DNA from: an uncultured Chloroflexota bacterium
Lineage (GTDB): Bacteria; Chloroflexota; Dehalococcoidia; Lucifugimonadales; Lucifugimonadaceae
DNA length: 64,000 bases
Assembly (NCBI GenBank): GCA_913042135.1
Contig: CAJWJL010000001.1
Coordinates: forward strand, 29,540-93,539
Direction: 5' to 3'
Below are positions 10,409-20,040 of this stretch, piece by piece. The notes beneath the pieces were generated by a model. It searched no databases and was not told the origin of the DNA. It saw nothing but the letters and a program-made list of their open reading frames with translations. The translations under genes were made by a program, and so were the position numbers. The first letter of the stretch is position 1, and each line of letters starts with the position of its first letter.

Positions 10409-11770
10409 ATGCAAATCAGATTATATAAAGGTCTGGCAGTCATGCTGTGCGCTGCGCTCTCGGGTGTAGCAACCGCAGACAGCCTCGAACACTCGCCACG
10501 TCTGAAGGGTGCCATCGATTACGAAATTGGTGGTGGTTACATTTCAGATGCACCTACTCGAATCCATACCGTGCCCATCCTGGAGTTAGGGATTGGCTGG
10601 GACCTGAATATGGAGTGTGGTGAGTTCGATCCGCGCATTTCGGTGAGTAACCAGCTTAACGGTATTACCGAGGGCTTCCGGAACATGATGGATAACATCA
10701 TTCAGTCTGCAACCGGTGCAGTAGCGAGTTTGCCAGCTCTGGCAATTCAGCGTGCCAATCCCGGTCTGTATGACATGCTTCAGCAGGGTATTTTGCAGGG
10801 CAAGATGGATTTTGAGTGGGCAGAAACCTCCTGTGAGGAGATGTCTCGGGTATTGATGGGAGAGCAATCCTTCCCGTTTGAGAAGTACAAGCTATCCATT
10901 AAGACGAATAACTGGGCTGAGGAAATCAATGCTTCTGGTGGGGATGCGATTCGTGCCAAGGAAGCGCTTGATGATACCAACCACGGTAATGCCGGTGCAG
11001 AGTGGGCTTGCGGTACCAATAAAGGGGGAACTGGCCAGCAACCTATTCGTGCTCTGACGGACGTGGTTCAGGTCGGCTACAACATCATGTTTGATCGGGC
11101 AAACAGTTGTGCCACTTCCACCGTAGGACCTGCTGACGGTCAGGGTACTCCTCTCTGGGAATACTGGAACGGGCCGGTCGCTGCCTCGAACTGGTCAACA
11201 CGAGTTCTTGGTGACATCGAGATGAGAACCTGTGATGGCTGTAAGAAGATGCGCGGTACGCCGGGCAAAGGGTTGACCTACATGCACAGGGATATGACCG
11301 ATGACCTCATTGAGGATCTGGAAGACCTGGTTACCGGTGCAACTCAGTTGACCTGGCAGAACTTAAATCGTGTTTCAGCTCCTCCTGGGGTAATCGTTAA
11401 TGACGCTATCATCATGGCCATTCGCAAACGAGATGCACTAGGGCAGGGCGAAATGATCCGCAAGCTGGCGGGTGAGATTGCCTACGCTCGTCTGGTAGAG
11501 CAAGGACGTTTGTTAACTCAATTGCTCAGAACTGGCGTCAAGGAGCCAAACGTCGCGGCGTTTGAACCGGCAAAGATTGTTGTGAACGATGCGATTGATC
11601 AGTTGCAGGTTGAACTGGACCAATTGGACCTTGAAATCAAAACCCGACAAGCCATTGCTCAGAACACCATTCTCCGAATCCTGGGACAGGAAGAGAAGAA
11701 CGTTCAGAACACACGCAAAGTTGATCGCGGCAAGGCTTCAGGTACCAACCAACTGGGACAGCCGAACTGA
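10409..11770 (+). CDS. ICE protein TIGR03755
   Basis: YEIGGG, CGEFDP, ATGAVASLPALAIQRANPGLYD, TPGKGL motifs. Confidence 0.9.
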   Translation: MQIRLYKGLAVMLCAALSGVATADSLEHSPRLKGAIDYEIGGGYISDAPTRIHTVPILELGIGWDLNMECGEFDPRISVSNQLNGITEGFRNMMDNIIQSATGAVASLPALAIQRANPGLYDMLQQGILQGKMDFEWAETSCEEMSRVLMGEQSFPFEKYKLSIKTNNWAEEINASGGDAIRAKEALDDTNHGNAGAEWACGTNKGGTGQQPIRALTDVVQVGYNIMFDRANSCATSTVGPADGQGTPLWEYWNGPVAASNWSTRVLGDIEMRTCDGCKKMRGTPGKGLTYMHRDMTDDLIEDLEDLVTGATQLTWQNLNRVSAPPGVIVNDAIIMAIRKRDALGQGEMIRKLAGEIAYARLVEQGRLLTQLLRTGVKEPNVAAFEPAKIVVNDAIDQLQVELDQLDLEIKTRQAIAQNTILRILGQEEKNVQNTRKVDRGKASGTNQLGQPN

Positions 11771-12132
11771 TGAAAAGCGTAGGCAAATTCTTTGTCATCA
11801 GCGTTGGGGGCCTTCTGGCCCTCATGGTGCTTGGCATGATTTTCAGCGCCATCTTTGATGTCAAACCAGACGAAATTAAGGGAGTAGACCTGATTGGTGG
11901 CTGGATGTGGTACCGCATCGGCTTTTACGTGGCTGTAATGGCGGCGTGGACACCAATTTGCCGGTTTATGACGAGGCCTCGGTTTAATCCAGGCGAACTA
12001 TCCGATGAAGACCAAGCACAATATGCAGAGAAGCGAGAGCGTGATGTTCAGTATTTGAAATCACAATGGTGGAAAGTCGCGCTTATGCTGGCGTTCTTTG
12101 AAGTGGTCATCATCCAGCAATTTGGGCTCTGA
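11770..12132 (+). CDS. Small membrane protein of the MPF-G operon
   Basis: Three hydrophobic segments; translationally coupled between TIGR03755 and TraG_N. Confidence 0.75.
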   Translation: MKSVGKFFVISVGGLLALMVLGMIFSAIFDVKPDEIKGVDLIGGWMWYRIGFYVAVMAAWTPICRFMTRPRFNPGELSDEDQAQYAEKRERDVQYLKSQWWKVALMLAFFEVVIIQQFGL

Positions 12133-12137
12133 AAAGA

Positions 12138-13736
12138 ATGGTAGCGAATAATCTTCTCGAAATTTACACCCTGTTATTTGGGTGGAACATGTATGAAGCC
12201 ATTTGGGATGTCCTTGTGGGATCTGGTTTGGCTTTGATTCCGTTTATCGCGGCGGTTATCACAAACTTCCGAGACAACTATGAAGACAGCGATGCCGAAT
12301 CGACCATTAAAGGACTAGAAATCAAGGTCGTGAGCATGATTCTGGTGTTGATGCTCTGCGTGATTCCTTATAAAGGTTGGGAAATCGACTTGGCCACGGT
12401 CAAATATGATCTGGAGATCCCCGACTGTAATCCTCCGGCGAATACGGAAGGGCAGGGCGATAATACGGCCACCGCTTATGATGACAGCTTCGCTGATATG
12501 GGCGGAATCGGTGTGTATAAGCCAGTAGCCTGGTCGTTCGTGGAATTTCTGTCCAGCGCAGTCACCCATACAACAATCAAGTCCATGTCCTGCGTGAACA
12601 ACTATGAGTTCATGCTGATGCGTATCAGCCAGATCACCATTCAAGATCCTGAACTGAGGCAGCGCGTTCGTGACTTCCATGAAGTTTGCTACAAAAAGGC
12701 GCTGGAGCGTTTCGAGCTGAATCCTATCGCTTTACCGGCAAATATCTCAGCGGTTCAGGATGTAGACTGGATCGGCTCTCGAACTTTGCTGAATGCGGTG
12801 GATGAATACTACCGGCACCCAGAAGCCTATATGAGGAACATGGAGAGGTTTGGATTCAACCGGCAAGCGGCAATCAGGGATTCTGACGCTGCGCATGAAA
12901 CTGGCGCTCATCCGTATTGCCGGGAAGTCTGGCTTGGTGAAGAAGGCCCAGGTGTCGTGAACGAAGCCCTCGGCTTGAGACAGCTTATCCTCGATGACAT
13001 CCCAGCCGATGAGGCCGGTGATATTCTTGATGATTGGATGGATTGGGGATCACAAGTTGTAACCGTTGGTGTAGCGGATGACAACACCAAGGAAGACCTG
13101 ATCATCAAGATGATCCTCCAAGCTGATGCCGCGAACCTGAGTTCTCAGACCGACGTGGATCTGAGCAATAACTTTGATACAGACAAGTCATGGTACAAAG
13201 AGGCCGCGGATGTGGTGTTCGCTGGCGCAGGCCTGTTTACCAGCATTGATGAGTTTTTACAGACCCATACGATGAGACAGATGGTTAAGGTTGCTGGGCC
13301 AATGATTCTGGCCTTGATTCAGATGGTCGTCATTATGGCGGCACCGTTTGTTTTGCTGTTCGGCCAGTACCGGCTAAGTGCCTTTGTTTCTATCGCTTTG
13401 GTCTACTTCAGCTTTGAGTTTATCAATGCAATCTGGGCTGCGGCTTTCTGGTTTGATAACCGGGTATTGGACATTTATATGTCCCAAGCGGGCTGGTTTG
13501 ATATAGCAACCAACAGCTTCCTTGTCTCTGCTGTCAGTGCCGGTTCTATTATCCTGCTACCCGGTATTTGGCTGTCCATTATGGCCTATGCTGGCGCAGG
13601 AATGGTTCGTGGTATGGGTATGGGAGGAGTAGGTGGCGGTACCGCTTCCGGCTCTGGGGCATTCCGAGGGGCTTCTGGTCGGGCTGGAGGTGCAGCTTAT
13701 CGGGCCTACCGTGGCAGAAGCGGCGGCAAGAAGTAA
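12138..13736 (+). CDS. traG: TraG_N-domain mating-pair stabilisation protein
   Basis: LEIYTLLFGW...IWDVLVGSGLALIPF, DVDWIGS, C-terminal TM bundle and Gly-rich tail. Confidence 0.88.
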   Translation: MVANNLLEIYTLLFGWNMYEAIWDVLVGSGLALIPFIAAVITNFRDNYEDSDAESTIKGLEIKVVSMILVLMLCVIPYKGWEIDLATVKYDLEIPDCNPPANTEGQGDNTATAYDDSFADMGGIGVYKPVAWSFVEFLSSAVTHTTIKSMSCVNNYEFMLMRISQITIQDPELRQRVRDFHEVCYKKALERFELNPIALPANISAVQDVDWIGSRTLLNAVDEYYRHPEAYMRNMERFGFNRQAAIRDSDAAHETGAHPYCREVWLGEEGPGVVNEALGLRQLILDDIPADEAGDILDDWMDWGSQVVTVGVADDNTKEDLIIKMILQADAANLSSQTDVDLSNNFDTDKSWYKEAADVVFAGAGLFTSIDEFLQTHTMRQMVKVAGPMILALIQMVVIMAAPFVLLFGQYRLSAFVSIALVYFSFEFINAIWAAAFWFDNRVLDIYMSQAGWFDIATNSFLVSAVSAGSIILLPGIWLSIMAYAGAGMVRGMGMGGVGGGTASGSGAFRGASGRAGGAAYRAYRGRSGGKK

Positions 13737-13750
13737 CAAAGAAGCATACT

Positions 13751-13775
13751 AGCCCTGCAAAAGCAGGGCTTTTTT
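13751..13775 (+). terminator. Intrinsic terminator ending the T4SS operon
   Basis: agccctgc-aaaa-gcagggct followed by ttttt. Confidence 0.8.
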
Positions 13776-13788
13776 AAAGAAAAGTAAT

Positions 13789-14124
13789 ATGCATGATAAA
13801 GTTTATTTCATCGAAGTAAGCAACATTGATAAAAATGCCATCAGGCCACAAATGAGAGATTGGGATTGCGACCACCTCATAAGCACGATGACATTCAGAT
13901 TATCTGTAGCTGGTCGGCTAGCGTATGAACGAAGTGCTGCGTACCTTGAAACGAGACAGTTAGCAGAAGACCTAATGATATATTGGCTTCCGTCTCTTAA
14001 TGCACGGTCATATGGAGACTTCAATGTAGCTGTCAAATCAGAAACGGCAAATGCATATAAAAGACGTTGGTGCCTGAAGAGAAGTCTTGAGGCTAAATTA
14101 CTATTAAAGAGCAAGGAACACTAA
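13789..14124 (+). CDS. Hypothetical protein
   Basis: 111-aa ATG ORF abutting the next gene. Confidence 0.5.
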   Translation: MHDKVYFIEVSNIDKNAIRPQMRDWDCDHLISTMTFRLSVAGRLAYERSAAYLETRQLAEDLMIYWLPSLNARSYGDFNVAVKSETANAYKRRWCLKRSLEAKLLLKSKEH

Positions 14125-15090
14125 ATGTTTGGAGTTACAAAAATCACTCTTCTGATTACCTGCGGTATTTTTCTGAGTTCCTGCTCAACGATTGGAAAGA
14201 AATCACCGGACCAACTGGTATTTGATGCAAGTATAAACAAAGACAACAAGGCTGTTATAGAAGCCATTCAATCTGGCGCATACACCAAGCCTGAAATCGA
14301 AGCCATCGCTCAAAAAGCTATGGATCAGCGTCTTTGCAGTCTGGCCTATGACGTGACGAGTAATTATCAACTCGATCCAAATCTGAAAAGCAAATATCAG
14401 ACGTTGTTTCAATGCCTGTTGCTTGATAAGCAGTATGACGCTGCCTTGTCGATGTTAAAGCAAGGTGCTAATCCGGAATTCATAAAGGAAGCACGATACG
14501 AGCGTAACGATGCCCTGGAGGAGGCTACTGCATGGGGAGCGATTGATGTTGTTGACGAACTCCTAAGATTGGGAATGAAGCCAACCAGTAAAGCGTTCTA
14601 TCTTGGAGTCTCTGGGCACTATCATTCAAGCTATGAAACAGCAGTGAAGTTTGTTGATATGTTCAAACCATTTATGTCCAGCTTCGACCTAGATTATGTC
14701 TTCGTGAACAAGCCATTGCTCTACGAGGTAACGACAGAACGGAAGTTCAATGTCGAGCAAAGACGAAATCTCGCGAAGATGCTTCTTGATAACGGGGCAG
14801 ATCCCAACAAGGGAATCAATAAAACTGAGTATGGTTCAGCGCGCAATGTTGATTACATTGAAACTCCTTATATGGCGGTTAAAGGTATTCCTGAGCTTAC
14901 TTCTCTTTTTCTGGCTTATGGGGCGAATCCAGAATATGAACAAATGCGTGATCAGGCCAAATTCTTGGCAAACCTAAAGCCCGGAGATCAATCGCAACTG
15001 GGGTTGGTTGTCGAGATTAAGAATAACCTGGTTCTGCTTCAACAAAAGGATGGTCAGCGCTGGATTCCGATAACAGAAATTAAGCCTTGA
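14125..15090 (+). CDS. Ankyrin-repeat lipoprotein
   Basis: Lipobox LSSC; repeated ankyrin-like units (MLKQGANP, LLDNGADPN, FLAYGANP). Confidence 0.75.
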   Translation: MFGVTKITLLITCGIFLSSCSTIGKKSPDQLVFDASINKDNKAVIEAIQSGAYTKPEIEAIAQKAMDQRLCSLAYDVTSNYQLDPNLKSKYQTLFQCLLLDKQYDAALSMLKQGANPEFIKEARYERNDALEEATAWGAIDVVDELLRLGMKPTSKAFYLGVSGHYHSSYETAVKFVDMFKPFMSSFDLDYVFVNKPLLYEVTTERKFNVEQRRNLAKMLLDNGADPNKGINKTEYGSARNVDYIETPYMAVKGIPELTSLFLAYGANPEYEQMRDQAKFLANLKPGDQSQLGLVVEIKNNLVLLQQKDGQRWIPITEIKP

Positions 15091-15141
15091 TGTAAATTAC
15101 TCCCTTGCATCCAGGGGACTGCAAAGAAGCGAAGGAACTTT

Positions 15142-15642
15142 ATGCGATGTTCGATGACGGGTCGTCCAATGGAGTCCGGTGACGGCATATATGAAGACGG
15201 TGAATGGATTAGTTGGGACTGGATAAATAGCCAATTGCATCACCAAGAGCTCATATCTGAATACCCCCAAGCACAAATAGTCGAGGTCATTCAGGTTTTC
15301 GAGGATTTAGTGCGATCAGCATATGAATATCACCTGCTGACAGGGCGCTATCTTCAAATATGGGGGGAGCTAGGTGAGCTCTATGCGGAAATAAAACATG
15401 GTGTTCAGCGTCATCGACCAGGCACACAAGGTTCCGACGGTCGTATAGGTAACGATTGGGTTGAAATTAAAACCATATCTCCTGAGAAAGGTAGTAACAA
15501 CGTTGAGGTAAAAAGGGCTGGTAATTTTAACAAGCTAATTATTGTTAAAATCAGTGAAGACTTTGAATTTGAATCAAAGGTTATTTCTCGAAAAAGCCTC
15601 GGAAAGGGTTCAGGCAAGAAAGCCAGATACTCTTGGGATTAG
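15142..15642 (+). CDS. Putative PD-(D/E)xK-fold protein (DUF6998-like)
   Basis: GELGELYA...GSDG...VEIKT catalytic-like motif. Confidence 0.6.
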   Translation: MRCSMTGRPMESGDGIYEDGEWISWDWINSQLHHQELISEYPQAQIVEVIQVFEDLVRSAYEYHLLTGRYLQIWGELGELYAEIKHGVQRHRPGTQGSDGRIGNDWVEIKTISPEKGSNNVEVKRAGNFNKLIIVKISEDFEFESKVISRKSLGKGSGKKARYSWD

Positions 15643-15648
15643 CCTGAC

Positions 15649-16128
15649 TTATGAAAACGGCTTTGGTGGATCATTGTCATAATAGTGTTTCGGGTGTCCA
15701 TCCCAGATGTCATCAGCATTTCGCTCACGTTGGTCATATGCTCCTGGTGAGCTTGATGGTGTTTGCCTGATCCAGGCAAAGAAAATTAAGGTGATGACAA
15801 ACCAGATGATGCTAAACACCTTGGCTACTATCCAACGTAAAACCCGATACGGCCAAAACCGTTTTAAAGAAGCATCCATTGCGGCTCCCTCCTGTTTGAT
15901 AGCATGGCCTGAACCCAGCCATACCAATAAGGCTCCAGTGATGGCGGAGATCACATGAAGCCACGGTGATACGAGCTGCCAAGGCTTACCAGTGAATAGT
16001 GGACCCAGGCCATACGCAATCAGAGCTGCAATCCCTGCCACCGCAAGGATTATCAGTCCGAGTACGTTGTAGAACCGTTCACGACGACTGAACGGATAAT
16101 CAGTTAATTTGTTCTGTAATCTGATCAT
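15649..16128 (-). CDS. Membrane protein (about 3 TM segments)
   Basis: Hydrophobic segments; own extended -10 promoter upstream. Confidence 0.7.
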   Translation of the reverse strand: MIRLQNKLTDYPFSRRERFYNVLGLIILAVAGIAALIAYGLGPLFTGKPWQLVSPWLHVISAITGALLVWLGSGHAIKQEGAAMDASLKRFWPYRVLRWIVAKVFSIIWFVITLIFFAWIRQTPSSSPGAYDQRERNADDIWDGHPKHYYDNDPPKPFS

Positions 16129-16175
16129 ATTCTAACCAAATGGGTCCAGCCCAGATATATCAAGTCATGGCAGAG

Positions 16176-16212
16176 ATTATACCAAGAGTTATCCACCAAT
16201 TTCTGTGGATAA
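16176..16212 (-). promoter_or_regulatory. Extended -10 promoter (TGgTATAAT) with an inverted pair of DnaA-box-like sites
   Basis: attata 16176-81 (reverse complement TATAAT); TTATCCACC 16189-97 and TGTGGATAA 16204-12. Confidence 0.5.
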
Positions 16213-16222
16213 TCTCCGTGTA

Positions 16223-16654
16223 TTACGCGGCCACCTCATTCCAATCCCAAGGCGTAAAACGGGTTTCCGATGCTTCCAGCAGCTCAAGAACGGCTGTCTC
16301 CCCTTGGGCCACGGCCTGCCGTACATCTTCAATATTAACCACATCCTTCTCATAGTCCATCCAGGACAGGTGCTGATCCTCCTTGCCATTGGAGCGATAG
16401 TGGCTTTCACCGCCCTGATTGCAGTTGTGCTCCTGCCAGTAATAGCTGTATGAGATGCCTTGCTGCCGGAGATGATCGAGAATTACTTCGAGCCGAAGAT
16501 CGCCACGACAGTTAATCCCGCCAATTTGGAGTTTGGTAATACTTTCGGAGTCATCAGATACCTGGTTGAGAATCTCGATGTCAGTTGAGGCGAAGAGGGC
16601 TGTGACCTTTTCGGAATGTACGGTACGGACGATCATAGATGTTTCGATTGTCAT
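16223..16654 (-). CDS. Hypothetical protein
   Basis: 143-aa ORF with RBS (aagga) in a minus-strand operon. Confidence 0.7.
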   Translation of the reverse strand: MTIETSMIVRTVHSEKVTALFASTDIEILNQVSDDSESITKLQIGGINCRGDLRLEVILDHLRQQGISYSYYWQEHNCNQGGESHYRSNGKEDQHLSWMDYEKDVVNIEDVRQAVAQGETAVLELLEASETRFTPWDWNEVAA

Positions 16655-16671
16655 GGTAAGGTTCCTTCTGG

Positions 16672-17220
16672 TTAAAAAAGAGATAGTTGTGTTTCTCTAA
16701 ATCCCAACTCCGAAGAGGGGAAGTTTTCTGAAAGCTTGCGTGCGAGGTCGGTCTCGTCGGCAAACCGAGTATTTGGTTGAAGTAGCGGTTCCAGCACCTC
16801 CTTTGCTTGGTATAACTCAACGTCTGAAGGGAAGACCCAATAACAGTTACTTGGGCAGCTCATGCAAACACCTAGAGAAGACAGAGCATCTTTGATTGAA
16901 GTATCTGCCCACTGAGGAAGTCGAATCTCTACATGACCGTGCATATTGATTCGGACCTTCTTCCAACCAAATTCTTTATGTTCGTCTCCGATCAGGTAGC
17001 ATAGAGTTGACTGCTCTCGGTACAGCTCCTTGGCAAGATGCTGTAGCCCTTCTTTGTCCAGCTCGGACCCATGTGTATGGCGATAGCCAGTATGTGAGGC
17101 CCACTTGCCGTAGAAGCCCCATCCTCCGCACGATTTCTCCGCATAGCCTTCGAGGCCAAACACGATAATCGGTATTCTTTGCTCGGATTCTTCTTCTGTA
17201 ACGGCTCCGTTGAAGCTCAT
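16672..17220 (-). CDS. Hypothetical protein with C-terminal QLSLF (beta-clamp-binding-like motif)
   Basis: 182-aa ORF overlapping the upstream gene (ATGA); ends in ETQLSLF. Confidence 0.7.
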   Translation of the reverse strand: MSFNGAVTEEESEQRIPIIVFGLEGYAEKSCGGWGFYGKWASHTGYRHTHGSELDKEGLQHLAKELYREQSTLCYLIGDEHKEFGWKKVRINMHGHVEIRLPQWADTSIKDALSSLGVCMSCPSNCYWVFPSDVELYQAKEVLEPLLQPNTRFADETDLARKLSENFPSSELGFRETQLSLF

Positions 17221-17603
17221 GCTTGCGAAGCCTCGCTGGTGGCTATGACAGATTCATTCAATGAAACCGACTCTTCACAGTCATGGCAGTAGGATTCATC
17301 GTATGTCGCATAGAGGACGAATTCCTGAGCATTGACATCCCACGATGCGAATGCGTCCTTAACCACATTGTCACCGCCGCATTTTGAGCACGTCAGTTCG
17401 TATGCGCCGACTGGTGGCCGGTTGCGAACCGCTTCAAGTCGGTACTCCTGCTCTTTTCCAAATGCGTGACATTGGTTTTCAGCCCACTTCATCACGCCGG
17501 ATGGGATATGCTTCTTCAGCTCATCCATCACCCAGACCGGCATAAAGTACCCGGTACTGTTATTTGCCTCAGTAAGAGTTTTGCTCAGGGTCTCTTTGCA
17601 CAT
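17217..17603 (-). CDS. Zinc-ribbon protein
   Basis: CSKCGG...YCHDCE, two CxxC pairs; RBS gagga. Confidence 0.7.
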   Translation of the reverse strand: MCKETLSKTLTEANNSTGYFMPVWVMDELKKHIPSGVMKWAENQCHAFGKEQEYRLEAVRNRPPVGAYELTCSKCGGDNVVKDAFASWDVNAQEFVLYATYDESYCHDCEESVSLNESVIATSEASQA

Positions 17604-17642
17604 GATTTTGTCCTCTGCTTCCGTAAAATCTGTTTCATAATC

Positions 17643-17672
17643 AGACTCTCACGAAAGTTCGAACTAGCAACT
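17643..17672 (-). promoter_or_regulatory. Conserved promoter motif AGTTGCTA-N16-[-10]
   Basis: Reverse complement AGTTGCTAgttcgaactttcgtgaGAGTCT upstream of the 17603 start. Confidence 0.55.
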
Positions 17673-17683
17673 GTACTTAGGCG

Positions 17684-18130
17684 CTAAGAGCGGTAAATCT
17701 CGATGAATATCTCCCGTGCTGCCTGCTCTGCTTTAAGACACATTTCCACATCAAACCAGCCAAAGTGACAAGCTTCGTGCTCAATGCCGAGTTTCTCTGC
17801 TAGACGCTTATATGCATCACTTCTGGTAAGCCTGCCTGATTTGTAAAGCGCCTCGAACGGCGATTTACAGCGCTTCCTTGCTTCACGCATCTCAGTGGTT
17901 GCGAGGGTGCCAAGCGGTATGTTGGTGAATGGGTGCATACCAACATATGAGCCACATCCTTTACAGCGATATGCCCACGGCCAGTCTCCGTAGGACCGAC
18001 CATAAAGGCCATCATGATGGACAATTTCCACTGTATCGCCGCAATGCTGGCAGTCCGATGGGATAGGGAGAGGATTTTTGACCCGGTTCATAGCCTTTCT
18101 ACTTGGGTTCCAAGGTGTCTTCGGTTGCAT
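17684..18130 (-). CDS. DUF3268-family zinc-finger protein
   Basis: CQHCG...YRCKGCGSYVGMHP...PLGTLA...R..AY..LA..LGI....CHFGWFD...C. Confidence 0.85.
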   Translation of the reverse strand: MQPKTPWNPSRKAMNRVKNPLPIPSDCQHCGDTVEIVHHDGLYGRSYGDWPWAYRCKGCGSYVGMHPFTNIPLGTLATTEMREARKRCKSPFEALYKSGRLTRSDAYKRLAEKLGIEHEACHFGWFDVEMCLKAEQAAREIFIEIYRS

Positions 18131-18139
18131 AGTTGAGAC

Positions 18140-18637
18140 CTATCGAAAAACAACACGATTGGTGCGTGTCACGCATTGGTTTTGAACTCTGTGGCAGACC
18201 TCAGCAATGATGTAGCCGCTGAATGGGAGAGCGAAGATGGTATCTGAGAGATTGAACCGATTGCTTCCGCATTGGCCTGTCATGTCCGGCAGGTAATAAC
18301 AACTGAGTGCGAAGTAGTCGCCGTCATAGCAGTACCGGTCGTCGTCATCGCAGTCCAGGTGATAAATGGGTGTGGCGTCCTGGGTAGACTGTTTATTTCC
18401 AAGGTAGTAGGTGAGCTCGTACCCTAGATCCGGCTTACCAAGTCGGATGAATAGAAGAAATTCACCATCATTGAAATACGGGTCAATTTCTGGGATTTCG
18501 TCGAGCGTATTGTCATTGCTACCGATAATGTAGAAGTCTTCTATGGACAGCACGCCAGTGTCCTGGAAATCTTCGGGCTTGCAGCCAGTCAATGCTGTGA
18601 TGACGGCTAATAAAGAAAATATAAATAGGCATTTCAT
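18140..18637 (-). CDS. Cys-rich lipoprotein (paralogue of 23673-24305)
   Basis: Start moved to ATG 18637 (MKCLF..., RBS aagga); lipobox LTGC; six Cys in the mature part. Confidence 0.75.
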   Translation of the reverse strand: MKCLFIFSLLAVITALTGCKPEDFQDTGVLSIEDFYIIGSNDNTLDEIPEIDPYFNDGEFLLFIRLGKPDLGYELTYYLGNKQSTQDATPIYHLDCDDDDRYCYDGDYFALSCYYLPDMTGQCGSNRFNLSDTIFALPFSGYIIAEVCHRVQNQCVTRTNRVVFR

Positions 18638-18647
18638 GTTGGATTCC

Positions 18648-18893
18648 TTATGCATAAAGTGCGGTGTGAAAAATATGTTCAACCGTGAAACCACGGAAAG
18701 GCTCGGTGGTATCAACAATCTCCTGCAATTGCTCAATGCTGAACTTCGCAAGAACGTCTTCTTTGTAGTGTTCATATAACCCAGCTACGCCACACATCGT
18801 GGCCACGCGCAGAAGGTTCCTGCGATCGTCATCTGAAGCTTTTGCTTGTCCAGCAAGTACCGCCAACAGACGTTCCAATATGTCCTTATCCAT
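18648..18893 (-). CDS. Hypothetical protein
   Basis: 81-aa ORF with RBS aaagg. Confidence 0.65.
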   Translation of the reverse strand: MDKDILERLLAVLAGQAKASDDDRRNLLRVATMCGVAGLYEHYKEDVLAKFSIEQLQEIVDTTEPFRGFTVEHIFHTALYA

Positions 18894-18927
18894 TTGACTA
18901 CCTTTGCTTTGAATGAAGAAAATATGC

Positions 18928-19191
18928 TCAGTTGAACTGCAATTTCAGCGTTCGCTTTACTCGGACTACTTTCACCTCTCCCAAGTAGCTATATCTGCGC
19001 TGGAAGTGATAGTCGTCCCAACGCTCAAAGTCTGGCGCATCTTGCTCTCCGATCCGCTTCACTTTGTTCTCTGTCTTCTTGCCGTAAAGCTTGTAGACAT
19101 TTCCCGATTCAAAGACGACGGTATCTGGATTTCTGGCGTTAATAATCGCGGCATTACCTCTTTCCACGACGGACATTGACTCTTGGTGCAT
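18928..19191 (-). CDS. Hypothetical protein
   Basis: 87-aa ORF with RBS ggga, downstream of a conserved promoter motif. Confidence 0.6.
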   Translation of the reverse strand: MHQESMSVVERGNAAIINARNPDTVVFESGNVYKLYGKKTENKVKRIGEQDAPDFERWDDYHFQRRYSYLGEVKVVRVKRTLKLQFN

Positions 19192-19217
19192 GACGGCATC
19201 TCCCTATTGATGATTCC

Positions 19218-19247
19218 AACTTACCCCAGAAACCTGAACTAGCAACT
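19218..19247 (-). promoter_or_regulatory. Conserved promoter motif AGTTGCTA-N16-TAAGTT
   Basis: Reverse complement AGTTGCTAgttcaggtttctggggTAAGTT. Confidence 0.6.
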
Positions 19248-19301
19248 CGGGTCAAAAGTCAGTATTTTTGGGCAATCAACCAAGGATTAGGGGGGCATAT
19301 A

Positions 19302-19700
19302 GTGAAGGTCTGCTGGCGACAGCTTGTTTTGGTGGTGCTTGTCAGTGGCGCATGTTCAGGTGCGCAAGCGTCAGAACAAGAACAGGTATATTTCTCCCTG
19401 GTCCGCTTGGCTCAAGAACGCTCCTTCTATGCGGGACGCTACCAACCAATCATCGAGGGCCGATTCAACATACAAGTAACATTCAATGGCCAGACCATCA
19501 GCCAATATCAATTCAGTCCTGGCGCTGCTCTGGGAATCACTTCAACAGTGGCATTTGTAGCTGACCAGAGAGGGCAAACATTTACCTTAGAAGGCGACAC
19601 AGATTCACTTAAAAATGGTCAGTGCATCATGTATCTAAGATCTGGTGGGAGTGTTGTACGTCATTGGGCTTTAATGGCTTTGCACAACTGTCTTGAATGA
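19302..19700 (+). CDS. Secreted hypothetical protein
   Basis: GTG start after a G-rich RBS; signal peptide ending AQA. Confidence 0.6.
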   Translation: MKVCWRQLVLVVLVSGACSGAQASEQEQVYFSLVRLAQERSFYAGRYQPIIEGRFNIQVTFNGQTISQYQFSPGAALGITSTVAFVADQRGQTFTLEGDTDSLKNGQCIMYLRSGGSVVRHWALMALHNCLE

Positions 19701-19729
19701 GTTGCTGGATCAGAATCCCGTGAGATATT
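19700..19729 (+). promoter_or_regulatory. Conserved promoter motif AGTTGCTG-N16-GATATT
   Basis: AGTTGCTGgatcagaatcccgtgaGATATT. Confidence 0.6.
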
Positions 19730-19770
19730 CGAGTAACAACTAACACTTCGGATATCGACGAGGATTCAAG

Positions 19771-20040
19771 ATGGCAATGGCAGAGTACATTGCTCAGCCG
19801 CCAGGTGTAGGCAGTCGAAGGCAGCTTAGCGATATTGAAAAAGACCACATCGTCTGTTTATTAAGGGCAGTGGAGCGTTTACCCATACTAAGCCAGCACG
19901 CAGTAGACGGTGTTGAAACAAAGGTGTCCTATGAGGTGCTGTGCCGGTGCCTGGAGGGTATCCACAAGAACCATCTTGAATTATCAAAATATGCAACTGC
20001 TGTACTGAGTGAGGAGAGGACGGATGAAAAATCAATTTAA
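19771..20040 (+). CDS. Hypothetical protein
   Basis: 89-aa ORF with RBS gagga. Confidence 0.6.
   Translation: MAMAEYIAQPPGVGSRRQLSDIEKDHIVCLLRAVERLPILSQHAVDGVETKVSYEVLCRCLEGIHKNHLELSKYATAVLSEERTDEKSI

Noticed and set aside
433-13739. Numerous antisense/alternate-frame ORFs within the T4SS operon (likewise within BREX)
   Set aside because: They overlap well-supported genes and show no recognisable motifs.
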